From assembly GCA_021162065.1 (NCBI GenBank), contig JAGGZK010000049.1:11952-75951 (forward strand): a DNA stretch of 64,000 bases. Direction: 5' to 3'. The DNA is from Thermoplasmata archaeon. GTDB taxonomy: Archaea > Thermoplasmatota > E2 > UBA202 > JdFR-43. This document shows positions 29,667 through 38,149 of this stretch, piece by piece. Each line of letters opens with the position of its first letter. Position 1 is the stretch's first letter. A program made the position numbers and the translations under genes. A model generated the notes under the pieces. The model did not search any database. It had not been told where the DNA came from and was given only the letters and a program-made list of their open reading frames with translations.

Positions 29667-30222
29667 TGCCCGCATGCTCCAGCGCCTTTCTGACATCCTT
29701 TTCAAAATATTCGGTGAGGGCCCTGTTGTATATGCAGGCGGCGGGGTGGAAAGTGGGAATTATTTTGATTGCATGAAGGGGACTTTCAAAGATTCTGCCC
29801 CTTATGGCGGTTATTTTTCCGTCCCTGAAACCGTGCATTTTTAGTAATGCCGAGGAGGCGAAATTTCCCATAGCAAGGATGATTATTGGCCTCACCACAT
29901 CAATCTGCCTCTGAAGATACGGAAGGCATTTCTCTATCTCCTCCTCCCTCGGATTCCTATTGCCGGGCGGCCTGCACTTCACCACATTTGTTATGTAAAT
30001 TTCTTCCCTCCCCACCCCATTTTTTTTCAATGTTTCAGTGAGCAATTTTCCCGCTGCCCCCACAAAGGGGCGACCTTCCACATCCTCCTTCCTGCCCGGC
30101 GCCTCCCCCACCAGCATGAGGGATGCATCGCTGCACCCCTCTCCCGGCACGGCGTTGGTACGGGTCTTCCAGAGAGGGCATTTTCTGCACTGCCTTATCT
30201 CCTCTTCAATTTCCTGCAGCAT
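29650..30222 (-). CDS. udg: Uracil-DNA glycosylase, family 4 (4Fe-4S, thermophile type)
   Basis: 'CRKCPL', 'MLVGEAPGRKED..GRPFVG.AG', 'NVVKCRPPGNRNP' and 'CLPYL' are family-4 UDG motifs. Confidence 0.85.
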   Translation of the reverse strand: MLQEIEEEIRQCRKCPLWKTRTNAVPGEGCSDASLMLVGEAPGRKEDVEGRPFVGAAGKLLTETLKKNGVGREEIYITNVVKCRPPGNRNPREEEIEKCLPYLQRQIDVVRPIIILAMGNFASSALLKMHGFRDGKITAIRGRIFESPLHAIKIIPTFHPAACIYNRALTEYFEKDVRKALEHAGIIKPF

Positions 30223-30538
30223 TTCTTCTCCTCTCCTTTATTTCCCTTATGTAGGGGTATCTTTTCTTTCCTCCACAGTTGTAGCATGTTATCACAACCC
30301 TGTGCTTTTTGAGTCTGACCCTGCATGTTTTTCCGGGAAGGAGATATGAGTTGCATTTTCTGCAGAACCTGTGCCTGTACTGTTTCGGTATTCTGACGAG
30401 ATACCTCATGGCTATCTTTCTTGCAAGATAGACATAGCGATTTGCCAGTTCCAGACGTCCCTCCATTGCCCTTCTGTCCGCCTCCCTGAAAAGATGATGT
30501 ATTCTCTGTCTGGCGATGGCCCTCCTCTCTCTCTTCAC
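30206..30538 (-). CDS. rnp4: Ribonuclease P protein component 4 (Rpp21/Rnp4), probable GTG start
   Basis: 'RAIARQRIHHLFREA...LANRYVYLARKIAMRY...IP....RFCRKCNSYLLPGKTCRVRL..HRVVITCYNCGGKKRY' matches the Rpp21 zinc-ribbon family. There is no ATG upstream of the N-terminal helix; a GTG at 30538 gives ~110 aa. It lies inside a spurious 319-aa ORF in the six-frame track. Confidence 0.55.
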   Translation of the reverse strand: MKRERRAIARQRIHHLFREADRRAMEGRLELANRYVYLARKIAMRYLVRIPKQYRHRFCRKCNSYLLPGKTCRVRLKKHRVVITCYNCGGKKRYPYIREIKERRRNAAGN

Positions 30539-30622
30539 ATTTCTGAAGGAAAAATCATTACTTATGGTTTGTGAAAGATGATGCCATGGTGACCAAAAAA
30601 ATATATATCTCTCTAAGGCATT

Positions 30623-31873
30623 ATGCTCGTGAACAGCACTGTAATCCAGAAGATAATGGGAGAAAAGGTGGGCAGGAAGGTGGAGGTGGGGGAGAAAATA
30701 CTTCTCCCTCTTGATCTGGTGGTTATGAGGGATTTTGGAGGACCGAATGTAATAAAAAAATATGTAGAGAAGTTTGGAGAGGAAAGGCCATTGGATGCCA
30801 GAAAAATTGCCTTCACCTTCGATTTGCATCTGCCGGCAAGGCAGATAAAGGAGGCGGAGAATCAAAAGGCATGCAGGGAATTTGCCAAAAAATACGGGAT
30901 AAAGGTTTTTGATGTCAACAATGGCATAGGGCAGCACACCCTGCTGGAAAATGGCATGATAAAGCCGGGAAGCGTCGTTATAGGAACGGACAGCCACATG
31001 AATCTGCTTGGGGCAGCCAATTCCTTTTCCACAGGCGTTGGTACAACAGACATAGTGGCGGGTATGAGATTCGGAAAAACATGGTTTAAAGTTCCGGAGA
31101 CAATAAAGATAAATGTGGAGGGCGGGCTGAGTAAAGGCGTGTATGCCAAGGATTTGATTCTTCATATTGTGAAGACGCTGGGCTCAGATGGCGCCGCCTA
31201 TAAGGCGGTGGAGTTCTATGGCGATATCATAGAAAAAATGAATCTGGCAGCGAGGATAACCATGGCCTCCATGGTAACGGAGATGGATGGGAAAATCTCA
31301 TTTTTCCCGATGAACGACGCAGCCAAGGAGGAACTCAGGAAGTACGTAAGCTTTGACAAAGTCTACAACGCCGATGGGGATGCGGAGTATGCGGAGGAGT
31401 ACACCATAGAAACGCCATCTTCCCCCCAGATTGCGTGTCCCCATTCCCCCGATAACGTAAAAAGCATTGAAGAAGTGGAGGGCGTGGAAATAAATCAGGC
31501 CTTCATTGGCTCCTGCACCAATGGACGTCTGGAAGATTTGAGGGAAGCGGCAAAGATATTGAAGGGCAGGAAAATCAAGGAGGGCTTCCGTTTAATAATA
31601 ACGCCTGCCACCATAAATGTGGCGAGGGAGGCGGAGGAGAGAGGTTACATAAAAATCTTCCTGGAGGCAGGGGCAATAGTGACCAATCCCTCCTGCGCTT
31701 TATGCACCATAGGGCATCCGGGCGTGCTTGCCACAGGCGATGCAACGCTTTCCACATCCAATCGCAACTTTCCGGGCAAGATAGGGAAGGGCAGCATATA
31801 TCTCTGCTCTCCTGCCGTTGCCGCCTACTCGGCGATAAAAGGAAAAATAGCAGATCCGAGGGAGGTATTATGA
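30623..31873 (+). CDS. leuC: Aconitase-family hydro-lyase large subunit, LeuC/HACN type (3-isopropylmalate/homoaconitate dehydratase large subunit), copy 1
   Basis: 416 aa. 'GIGQHTLLENG', 'VIGTDSHMNLLGAA', 'AFIGSCTNGR', 'NPSCALCTIGH', 'TSNRNFPGK'. Aconitase Fe-S ligand cysteines present. Confidence 0.8.
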   Translation: MLVNSTVIQKIMGEKVGRKVEVGEKILLPLDLVVMRDFGGPNVIKKYVEKFGEERPLDARKIAFTFDLHLPARQIKEAENQKACREFAKKYGIKVFDVNNGIGQHTLLENGMIKPGSVVIGTDSHMNLLGAANSFSTGVGTTDIVAGMRFGKTWFKVPETIKINVEGGLSKGVYAKDLILHIVKTLGSDGAAYKAVEFYGDIIEKMNLAARITMASMVTEMDGKISFFPMNDAAKEELRKYVSFDKVYNADGDAEYAEEYTIETPSSPQIACPHSPDNVKSIEEVEGVEINQAFIGSCTNGRLEDLREAAKILKGRKIKEGFRLIITPATINVAREAEERGYIKIFLEAGAIVTNPSCALCTIGHPGVLATGDATLSTSNRNFPGKIGKGSIYLCSPAVAAYSAIKGKIADPREVL

Positions 31874-32361
31874 GAGGGAAAGTATGGAAATTTGGAGATG
31901 ATATAGATACCGACCAAATCTACCCGGGAGCATATCTTACGGTTACTGACGAGGATGAGATGGCGAAATATGCCATGACGGGGGTGGAGGGAAGAGAAAA
32001 CTTTGCGGATGTTGTGAGCAAAGGCGATATAATCGTTGCCGGCAAAAATTTTGGATGCGGTTCTTCCAGAGAGCATGCCCCCATGGCCATAAAGAAACTG
32101 GGTATAGCATGCGTCATAGCCAAATCCTTTGCAAGAATTTTTTACAGAAACGCCATAAACATAGGGTTGCCAGTCATAGAATTAAAGGAGACGGATGAGA
32201 TAAATGAAGGGGATGAACTGGAAGTGGATGTGCATGAGGGCGTGATAAAAAATCTTACCACGGGAAAGGTTTACAAAGCAATGCCCATGGGAGAGCTGGA
32301 AAGGAAAATAATGGAAGCGGGAGGGCTTATAGAGTATTTGAGGGGAGAAAATGAAGGATGA
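31870..32361 (+). CDS. leuD: Aconitase-family small subunit, LeuD type, copy 1
   Basis: 'MRGKVWKFGDDIDTDQIYPG', 'GKNFGCGSSREHAP', 'FARIFYRNAINIGLP'. ATGA overlap with the upstream stop. Confidence 0.8.
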   Translation: MRGKVWKFGDDIDTDQIYPGAYLTVTDEDEMAKYAMTGVEGRENFADVVSKGDIIVAGKNFGCGSSREHAPMAIKKLGIACVIAKSFARIFYRNAINIGLPVIELKETDEINEGDELEVDVHEGVIKNLTTGKVYKAMPMGELERKIMEAGGLIEYLRGENEG

Positions 32362-32866
32362 ATATATAAGGCAACTGTTTCCAGAGGTGGAGGAGATAGA
32401 GAGCAAAGAATTAAGGAATAAAGTTGTTAAAATATGGGCTAAGGCCATGGAGATGGGAGGTTGGAATAAAATAGATGACATACCCTTCACCCTGCTCATA
32501 ACCACGGATAAATCACTTGTAAGCCATACACGAATGATTGTTAAAATGGCCATGGCGGTGGCGGATGAGAGAAAAGATTTGGACAGGGATGCGGTGATAG
32601 CAGGGGCATTGCTTCATGATGTGGGCAAGCTGCTGGAGTATGAGAGAAAGGATGGGAAAGTTGTGAAAAGCGGGATGGGAAAAAGAATAAGGCATCCCGT
32701 TTCCGGCGCCGCCCTCGCCATGGAGGAGGGATTGGACAGCATAGCCCACATAATAGCAGCACATTCCAAGGAGGGGGAGTTTGTGGAGCGCAGCAAAGAG
32801 GCGATACTGATTCATCATTGCGATTTCATAGATTTTGAGATTGAAAAGGCAAAGGTGAAGAAGTGA
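32351..32866 (+). CDS. HD-domain metal-dependent phosphohydrolase
   Basis: 'HTRMIVKMA...AGALLHDVGK' (H...HD) and a later 'HH.D'. 171 aa. Embedded in the leuCD/citF operon. Confidence 0.6.
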   Translation: MKDEYIRQLFPEVEEIESKELRNKVVKIWAKAMEMGGWNKIDDIPFTLLITTDKSLVSHTRMIVKMAMAVADERKDLDRDAVIAGALLHDVGKLLEYERKDGKVVKSGMGKRIRHPVSGAALAMEEGLDSIAHIIAAHSKEGEFVERSKEAILIHHCDFIDFEIEKAKVKK

Positions 32867-34272
32867 AGGGGAGGGAGGCAAAAATAACGGAGTTAAAAAA
32901 TGCACTGAAGAAGTGCGGGATTAAGGACGGCTGCACCATCTCCTTCCATCATCAGCTCCGCAATGGAGACAACGTCATCAATTTAACGCTTGAGGCGGTG
33001 AGGGAGTTAGGAATCAAAAACATACGGCTTGCCCAGACTGCCATATTTGATGTTCATAAGCCGGTGATAGAGTATATAGAGGATGGAACCATAGGAAGCA
33101 TAGAGGGAAGCATAAACGGCATTGTGGGCGATTATGTTTCAAAAAATCCCATGGAAAAGCCAGTCATCCTGAGAAGCCACGGAAGAAGATGGGGCGATGT
33201 GAGGAACGGCACACTTCATATAGACATCGCTGTCATAGCAGCCTCGGCGGCAGATGAAATGGGAAACTGCACGGGCATAATCGGAAAGAATCCCTTTGGC
33301 CCCATCGCATACTCTCAAATGGATGCCATGATGGCCGACAGGGTCATAGTGGTTACCGATACCCTTGAAGAATATCCCTGTCCCTATCAGGAAATAACGG
33401 AGAATTATGTTGATTATGTGGCTGTGGTGGATAACATAGGAGATCCATCGAGAATAGCATGGGGAACAACGAAAATAACCACGGATCCGGTAAAGCAGAA
33501 AATTGCCCACAACTGCGTCGATTTTATGGAAGCAGCGGGCATTGTAAGGGATGGTATGGGTTTTCAGTTCGGGGCAGGTGGAACATCGCTTGCAGTAACG
33601 AAATATCTTGGCGATTTACTGAGGGAGCGCAATATAAAGGCTTCCTTTGCCATAGGAGGAGTAACGAAGATACTGGTGGATATGTTTAAGGAAGGGCTTA
33701 TAAAGAAACTCTTCTACGGCCAGTGCTTTGATGACCATGCGGTAAAATTCTTTGCCGAACGCCCTTTGAATACGCCGGTCATGAACGTGGGCAACTATGC
33801 AGATCCGGAGGGCAAGAGCAGGGCAGTGGAGAGCTTAGATGTGGTGGTGCTCGGAGGGACGGAGGTGGACACAAACTTCAATGTGAATGTGAACACCCAC
33901 AGCGATGGCCGCCTCCTTCATGGCATAGGAGGACATCAGGACACGGCGGCGGGGGCAAAGGTGACGATGATAGCATTGCCCATATATAGAAAGACGAATC
34001 CCATTGTGAGGGAGAAGGTCACCACAATAACAACTCCTGGAGATGTGGTTGACGTTGTCGTCACGGATGTGGGAATAGCAATAAATCCCAGAAGAAAGGA
34101 TTTGATGGAAAAGGTAAGGGGAATGGATGTTTTCTCCATAGAGGAGCTGAAGGAAATGGCGTATGCCCATACAGGAGAGCCGTTGCCGCCATCCACTGGC
34201 AAGGAGGTTGTGGCGGAGGTCAAATGGATTGACGGGAATGTAATCGATAAAGTTTACAGAGTGGTGGAATAA
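32863..34272 (+). CDS. citF: Citrate lyase alpha-subunit family (citrate CoA-transferase, CitF)
   Basis: Colinear with recalled E. coli CitF: 'DGCTISFHHQLRNGD.V.N', 'HIDIAVI.A...DE.GN', 'QFGAGG.SLAVT', 'FNVNV.T.SDG...GIGGH.DTA', and the C-terminal 'TGEPLP.....VVAEVKWIDGNVIDKVYRV'. Confidence 0.75.
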   Translation: MKGREAKITELKNALKKCGIKDGCTISFHHQLRNGDNVINLTLEAVRELGIKNIRLAQTAIFDVHKPVIEYIEDGTIGSIEGSINGIVGDYVSKNPMEKPVILRSHGRRWGDVRNGTLHIDIAVIAASAADEMGNCTGIIGKNPFGPIAYSQMDAMMADRVIVVTDTLEEYPCPYQEITENYVDYVAVVDNIGDPSRIAWGTTKITTDPVKQKIAHNCVDFMEAAGIVRDGMGFQFGAGGTSLAVTKYLGDLLRERNIKASFAIGGVTKILVDMFKEGLIKKLFYGQCFDDHAVKFFAERPLNTPVMNVGNYADPEGKSRAVESLDVVVLGGTEVDTNFNVNVNTHSDGRLLHGIGGHQDTAAGAKVTMIALPIYRKTNPIVREKVTTITTPGDVVDVVVTDVGIAINPRRKDLMEKVRGMDVFSIEELKEMAYAHTGEPLPPSTGKEVVAEVKWIDGNVIDKVYRVVE

Positions 34273-35322
34273 ATGGAATGGGAGACGTATATAACAAAAA
34301 TAGAGCCCAATGTCATAGCCATAAGAGGATATCCCATACAAAAGCTGATAAAGGAAAGGGATTTTTTCGACTCCCTTCATTTAATAATCACGGGCGAGTT
34401 TCCCGATGGGGAGAAAAAGAGAGGAATGGAGGAGATGTTTGGGAAAGCAATATCTCTGCCTGTAAATAAATTTGAAAGGTTTGAAAAGGAGGACATATCG
34501 AAGGTGCTGGCGAGATATCTATTAATGGATGAGCATCTCGTTTCTTTTGATGGGGAAAAGGAGGAAAGGGCTGCGTTCATGGCAGGAAGAATGGTAACTT
34601 ATCTTTCCTCCATCTATTCCGTGGAAATCAATGGCCAGGAATTTTCTCATATCCTTTCTGGAGTTCTTTCAGGAGATGGAAATGGAAAATATGCGAGAAT
34701 GATGGAGGCAATGGTTATCGCTTCCTTAGATCATGGAGTTACGCCCCCTTCTGTTCAATCAGCCGTAATTGCCGCCTCTGTCCGTGCATCCCATGAGGTA
34801 GCCATGGCAAATGGCATCTCTGCCATTACAGATGTGCATGGAGGGGCGGGGATGAAGGCAGCAGAATTCTTCAAAAAATGTGTGGAGATGGCGGAAAGGG
34901 AGCAAATGGACATAGAGGAGGCGGCGAGGAAGATGGTCATGGAATATGTGGAGCAGGGAAAGAGAATAAAGGGACTGGGGCATCGTATTCATTCCGCCGA
35001 CCCAAGAAAAGATGCATTGCTGGAGATTGCGAGGAAGGAAGGCATAGATGGCGATGCTGTCAGGGTGGCAGAGATGCTTGAAGATATATTTTATGAGGTG
35101 AAGGGGAAAAGGTTGCCGCTCAACGTTGATGGAGTCATAGGGGCGTTGGTGGCGGATATGAATCTTAAACCTGAGGTGGCGAAGATATTATTTATATATG
35201 GTAGGGTTGCGGGGCTTTCCGCCCATTATTTCGAGGAAGTGGAAAATTATCCGCCCATGAGGAGAATAGATTTCTCCAGGGCGGTTTATAAGGGAAAGGA
35301 GGTGAAAGATTGGGAACCTTAG
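34273..35322 (+). CDS. Citrate-synthase-family protein, minimal (349 aa): candidate citryl-CoA lyase / small citrate-type synthase
   Basis: All three citrate synthase catalytic positions are recognisable: 'DVHGGAG' (His), 'GLGHRIHSADPR' (His), 'LPLNVDGVIGALV' (Asp). N-terminal 'IRGYPIQKLI...FFDSLHLIITGEFP' resembles CS 'YRGY.I.DL....F.EV.YLL..G.LP'. About 30-80 aa shorter than typical archaeal citrate synthases. Confidence 0.7.
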   Translation: MEWETYITKIEPNVIAIRGYPIQKLIKERDFFDSLHLIITGEFPDGEKKRGMEEMFGKAISLPVNKFERFEKEDISKVLARYLLMDEHLVSFDGEKEERAAFMAGRMVTYLSSIYSVEINGQEFSHILSGVLSGDGNGKYARMMEAMVIASLDHGVTPPSVQSAVIAASVRASHEVAMANGISAITDVHGGAGMKAAEFFKKCVEMAEREQMDIEEAARKMVMEYVEQGKRIKGLGHRIHSADPRKDALLEIARKEGIDGDAVRVAEMLEDIFYEVKGKRLPLNVDGVIGALVADMNLKPEVAKILFIYGRVAGLSAHYFEEVENYPPMRRIDFSRAVYKGKEVKDWEP

Positions 35323-36563
35323 CGGAGAATATTCTTGCAGAAGCAAGCGGGAAGAGTGTATCACCAGGGGAGATTGTTTATGCGGGCGTTGATACGGCCA
35401 TGTCCCATGAGAATGCCGCCCTCGTGATAAGATGGTTCAGAGAAATAGGAAGAGAAAGGGTGTGGGATAACGAAAAGATTGTTATAATATTCGATCATCG
35501 TGTGCCCGCTGAATCAATAAAAACGGCTGAGGGGCAGAAGAAGATAAGGAACTTTGTCAAGGAGCAGGGGATAAAGCACTTCTACGACATAAACACGGGC
35601 ATATGCCATCAGGTGCTGGCAGAGAAGGGCTTTTCACGCCCTGGAATAGTGCTTGTTGGCACCGACAGCCATACCACAACAGCAGGGGCATTCGGGGCAT
35701 TCGCCACAGGCATAGGGGCAACGGAAATGGCGGGAGTATGGGCAACGGGCAGAATATGGTTCAAGGTGCCGGAGACAATAAAGATAAATGTGGAGGGTGA
35801 GTTGAGCAAGGGTGTGTATGCTAAAGATGTTATACTCCACATCATAGGCCATCTGAGAGCAGATGGTGCCAACTACATGGCGGTGGAGTTTGATGGAGAT
35901 ACAATCAAAAACATGAGCATTGCATCCAGAATGGTTCTCTCCAATCTTTCCATGGAAATGGGAGCGAAGGTGGCCTTTGTCTATCCCGATGAAAAAACAA
36001 AGAAATGGCTGGAGGAAAGGAAGGCAAAGCCATACAGATTCATTCTTCCTGATAAAGAGGCAAGATATGTGGATGAATACAACTTTGATGCCTCGGAGAT
36101 AACGCCAAAGGTGGCATGCCCCCATACCGTGGATAACGTAAAAAGCATTGAGGAGGTTGAAGGCACAGAGATAAATCAGGCCTTCATCGGCTCCTGCACC
36201 AATGGACGCCTGGAGGATCTAAGGGAGGCGGCGAAGATATTGAAGGGAAGAAAGGTTAAGGAGGGGGTGCGTTTGATAATCGGCCCCGCATCATGGGAGG
36301 TTTACAGGGATGCCATGAGGGAAGGTTTGTTAGACATATTCATAGAGGCGGGGGGCGTGATAATAAATCCGGGTTGTGGACCCTGCTTGGGCGCCCATCA
36401 GGGAATACTTGCCTCTGGTGAGGTGGCCATATCCACCACCAACAGAAACTTCCAGGGAAGGATGGGCTCCCCGGAATCATTTGTGTATCTCGCCTCTCCC
36501 GCTGCCGTGGCTGCTTCAGCCATAGAGGGAAAGATAGCAGACCCAAGAAAATATTTGAGGTGA
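35310..36563 (+). CDS. leuC: Aconitase-family hydro-lyase large subunit, LeuC/HACN type, copy 2
   Basis: 417 aa paralog of 30623..31873 with the same motif blocks ('VLVGTDSHTTTAGA', 'AFIGSCTNGRLEDLREAAKILKGRK', 'NPGCGPCLGAH', 'TTNRNFQGR'). Confidence 0.8.
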   Translation: MGTLAENILAEASGKSVSPGEIVYAGVDTAMSHENAALVIRWFREIGRERVWDNEKIVIIFDHRVPAESIKTAEGQKKIRNFVKEQGIKHFYDINTGICHQVLAEKGFSRPGIVLVGTDSHTTTAGAFGAFATGIGATEMAGVWATGRIWFKVPETIKINVEGELSKGVYAKDVILHIIGHLRADGANYMAVEFDGDTIKNMSIASRMVLSNLSMEMGAKVAFVYPDEKTKKWLEERKAKPYRFILPDKEARYVDEYNFDASEITPKVACPHTVDNVKSIEEVEGTEINQAFIGSCTNGRLEDLREAAKILKGRKVKEGVRLIIGPASWEVYRDAMREGLLDIFIEAGGVIINPGCGPCLGAHQGILASGEVAISTTNRNFQGRMGSPESFVYLASPAAVAASAIEGKIADPRKYLR

Positions 36564-36567
36564 TGAG

Positions 36568-37050
36568 ATGGGCAAGGTATGGAAATTTGGAGATGATGTA
36601 AATACAGATGTGATTTATCCGGGATATGCTCTCAAGGTCACCAATCCGGATGAGATGGCAAAGTATGCCTTTGCGGAGGTGTATCCCGAATTCTCAAAAG
36701 AGGTGAAGGAGGGCGATATAATCGTTGCTGGCAAGAATTTTGGATGCGGTTCCTCCAGAGAGCAGGCGGCGCTGTGTTTAAAGTATGTGGGCATCTCATG
36801 CGTCATAGCCAAATCCTTTGCAAGAATTTTTTACAGAAACGCCATAAACATAGGGCTTCCGGTCATAGAATTAAAGGAGACGGACGAGATAAATGAGGGG
36901 GATGAGCTGGAAGTGGATTTGAATGAGGGTATTCTGAGGAATGTAACGCAGGGAAAGGAATATAAGATAAAGCCGTATCCTGAAATAATCAGGAGAATAA
37001 TAGATGCCGGAGGCCTGATAAATTATCTGAAGGAGGGAAAAAATGTATAA
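36568..37050 (+). CDS. leuD: Aconitase-family small subunit, LeuD type, copy 2
   Basis: 'MGKVWKFGDDVNTDVIYPG', 'GKNFGCGSSREQAA', 'FARIFYRNAINIGLPVIELKETDEINEGDELEVD' (nearly identical to copy 1 over this block). Confidence 0.8.
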   Translation: MGKVWKFGDDVNTDVIYPGYALKVTNPDEMAKYAFAEVYPEFSKEVKEGDIIVAGKNFGCGSSREQAALCLKYVGISCVIAKSFARIFYRNAINIGLPVIELKETDEINEGDELEVDLNEGILRNVTQGKEYKIKPYPEIIRRIIDAGGLINYLKEGKNV

Positions 37051-38149
37051 AATAGCCATACTGCCGGGAGATGGAGTGGGAAAGGAGGTTATAGAAGCGG
37101 CGATGATGGTGCTTGAAAAGGTTGAATTGGACGCGGAATACATATACGGAGACATAGGATGGGAGTTCTGGAGGAAGGAGGGAAATCCCCTGCCGGAGAG
37201 GACCATAGAACTGCTTAAGGAAACGGATTGCGCTTTAATGGGTGCCATAACATCCAAGCCAAAAAAAGAGGCGGAGAAGGAACTGGCACCGGAATTGCAG
37301 GGGAAGGGTCTGGAGTATTACAGCCCCATTGTGGCATTGCGCCAGCTCTTCAACCTCTACGCCAACATAAGGCCTGTGAAGGCGTATGAAGGCAATCCTC
37401 TGAATTTTAAAGAAAACATCAACCTTGTCATTTTCAGAGAAAACACGGAAGGGCTGTATACAGGCGTTGAATATCGCCCGGTTCCAGAGGAACTGGAGGA
37501 GGTGCTTGCGAAACATGAAAGATATAAGAAGTTCGTGGGAAAGGAGAAGGCCATATCCCTCCGCATAATATCAAGGGAAGGGGCGGAGAGGATAGTGAGA
37601 AAGGCCTTTGAGTATGCCAGGGAGAATAATCTTGGCAAGGTAACGGTGGCGGAGAAACCCAATGTGCTTAGGGAGACGAGCGGCCTTTTTGTGGAGGTGG
37701 CAAGAAAGATACATGAGGAATATGGAGAGATAGAGATGGATGAGGCGAACATAGATGCGATGGCCATGTGGCTGATAAAGAATCCGGAGAACTATGATGT
37801 CATCGTCACATCCAACCTATTTGGAGACATACTATCCGACCTGGCGAATCAGCTTGTGGGCGGCCTTGGCTTCGCCGCCGCCGGTAACGTGGGAGATGAC
37901 TATGCTTTATTTGAACCCGTGCATGGCTCCGCTCCAAAATATGCTGGCATGTATAAAGTAAATCCGATAGCGACGATAAGGGCTGCGGTGATGATGCTTC
38001 TTTATCTCGGCGAGAGAGAGAAGGCAGAGGCAATAGAGTATGCCATTGAGGAGGTTGTCAGAGAGGGTAAGGTAAGAACATATGACATGGGCGGCAATGC
38101 TTCCACTTTGGAAATGGCGGAGGCAATAGCAGGGAAGATAGAGGGCTAA
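37043..38149 (+). CDS. Beta-decarboxylating dehydrogenase (isocitrate / isopropylmalate / homoisocitrate dehydrogenase family)
   Basis: 'KIAILPGDGVGKEV', 'SPIVALRQLFNLYANIRPV', 'NLFGDILSDLA', and C-terminal 'YDMGG.AST.EM'. Substrate specificity is not assignable by eye. Confidence 0.8.
   Translation: MYKIAILPGDGVGKEVIEAAMMVLEKVELDAEYIYGDIGWEFWRKEGNPLPERTIELLKETDCALMGAITSKPKKEAEKELAPELQGKGLEYYSPIVALRQLFNLYANIRPVKAYEGNPLNFKENINLVIFRENTEGLYTGVEYRPVPEELEEVLAKHERYKKFVGKEKAISLRIISREGAERIVRKAFEYARENNLGKVTVAEKPNVLRETSGLFVEVARKIHEEYGEIEMDEANIDAMAMWLIKNPENYDVIVTSNLFGDILSDLANQLVGGLGFAAAGNVGDDYALFEPVHGSAPKYAGMYKVNPIATIRAAVMMLLYLGEREKAEAIEYAIEEVVREGKVRTYDMGGNASTLEMAEAIAGKIEG

Noticed and set aside
30539-31165. 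Upstream 209 codons of the 319-aa minus-strand ORF 30206..31165
   Set aside because: Antisense to the well-supported leuC-like gene (30623..31873) and without recognisable motifs. Only the Rpp21-like tail is treated as real.
35609-36166. Several minus-strand ORFs (61-163 aa) within the second leuC-like gene
   Set aside because: Antisense shadows of a strongly supported gene with no motifs. The same reasoning applies to the many other 60-160 aa ORFs nested antisense to ileS, gdhA, hydA and the others.
37043-38149. Assigning the dehydrogenase specifically as leuB (3-isopropylmalate dehydrogenase)
   Set aside because: The 'SPIVALRQ...YANIRPV' region is compatible with isocitrate, homoisocitrate or isopropylmalate dehydrogenases. 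Specificity-determining residues cannot be judged without an alignment, so only the family is called.
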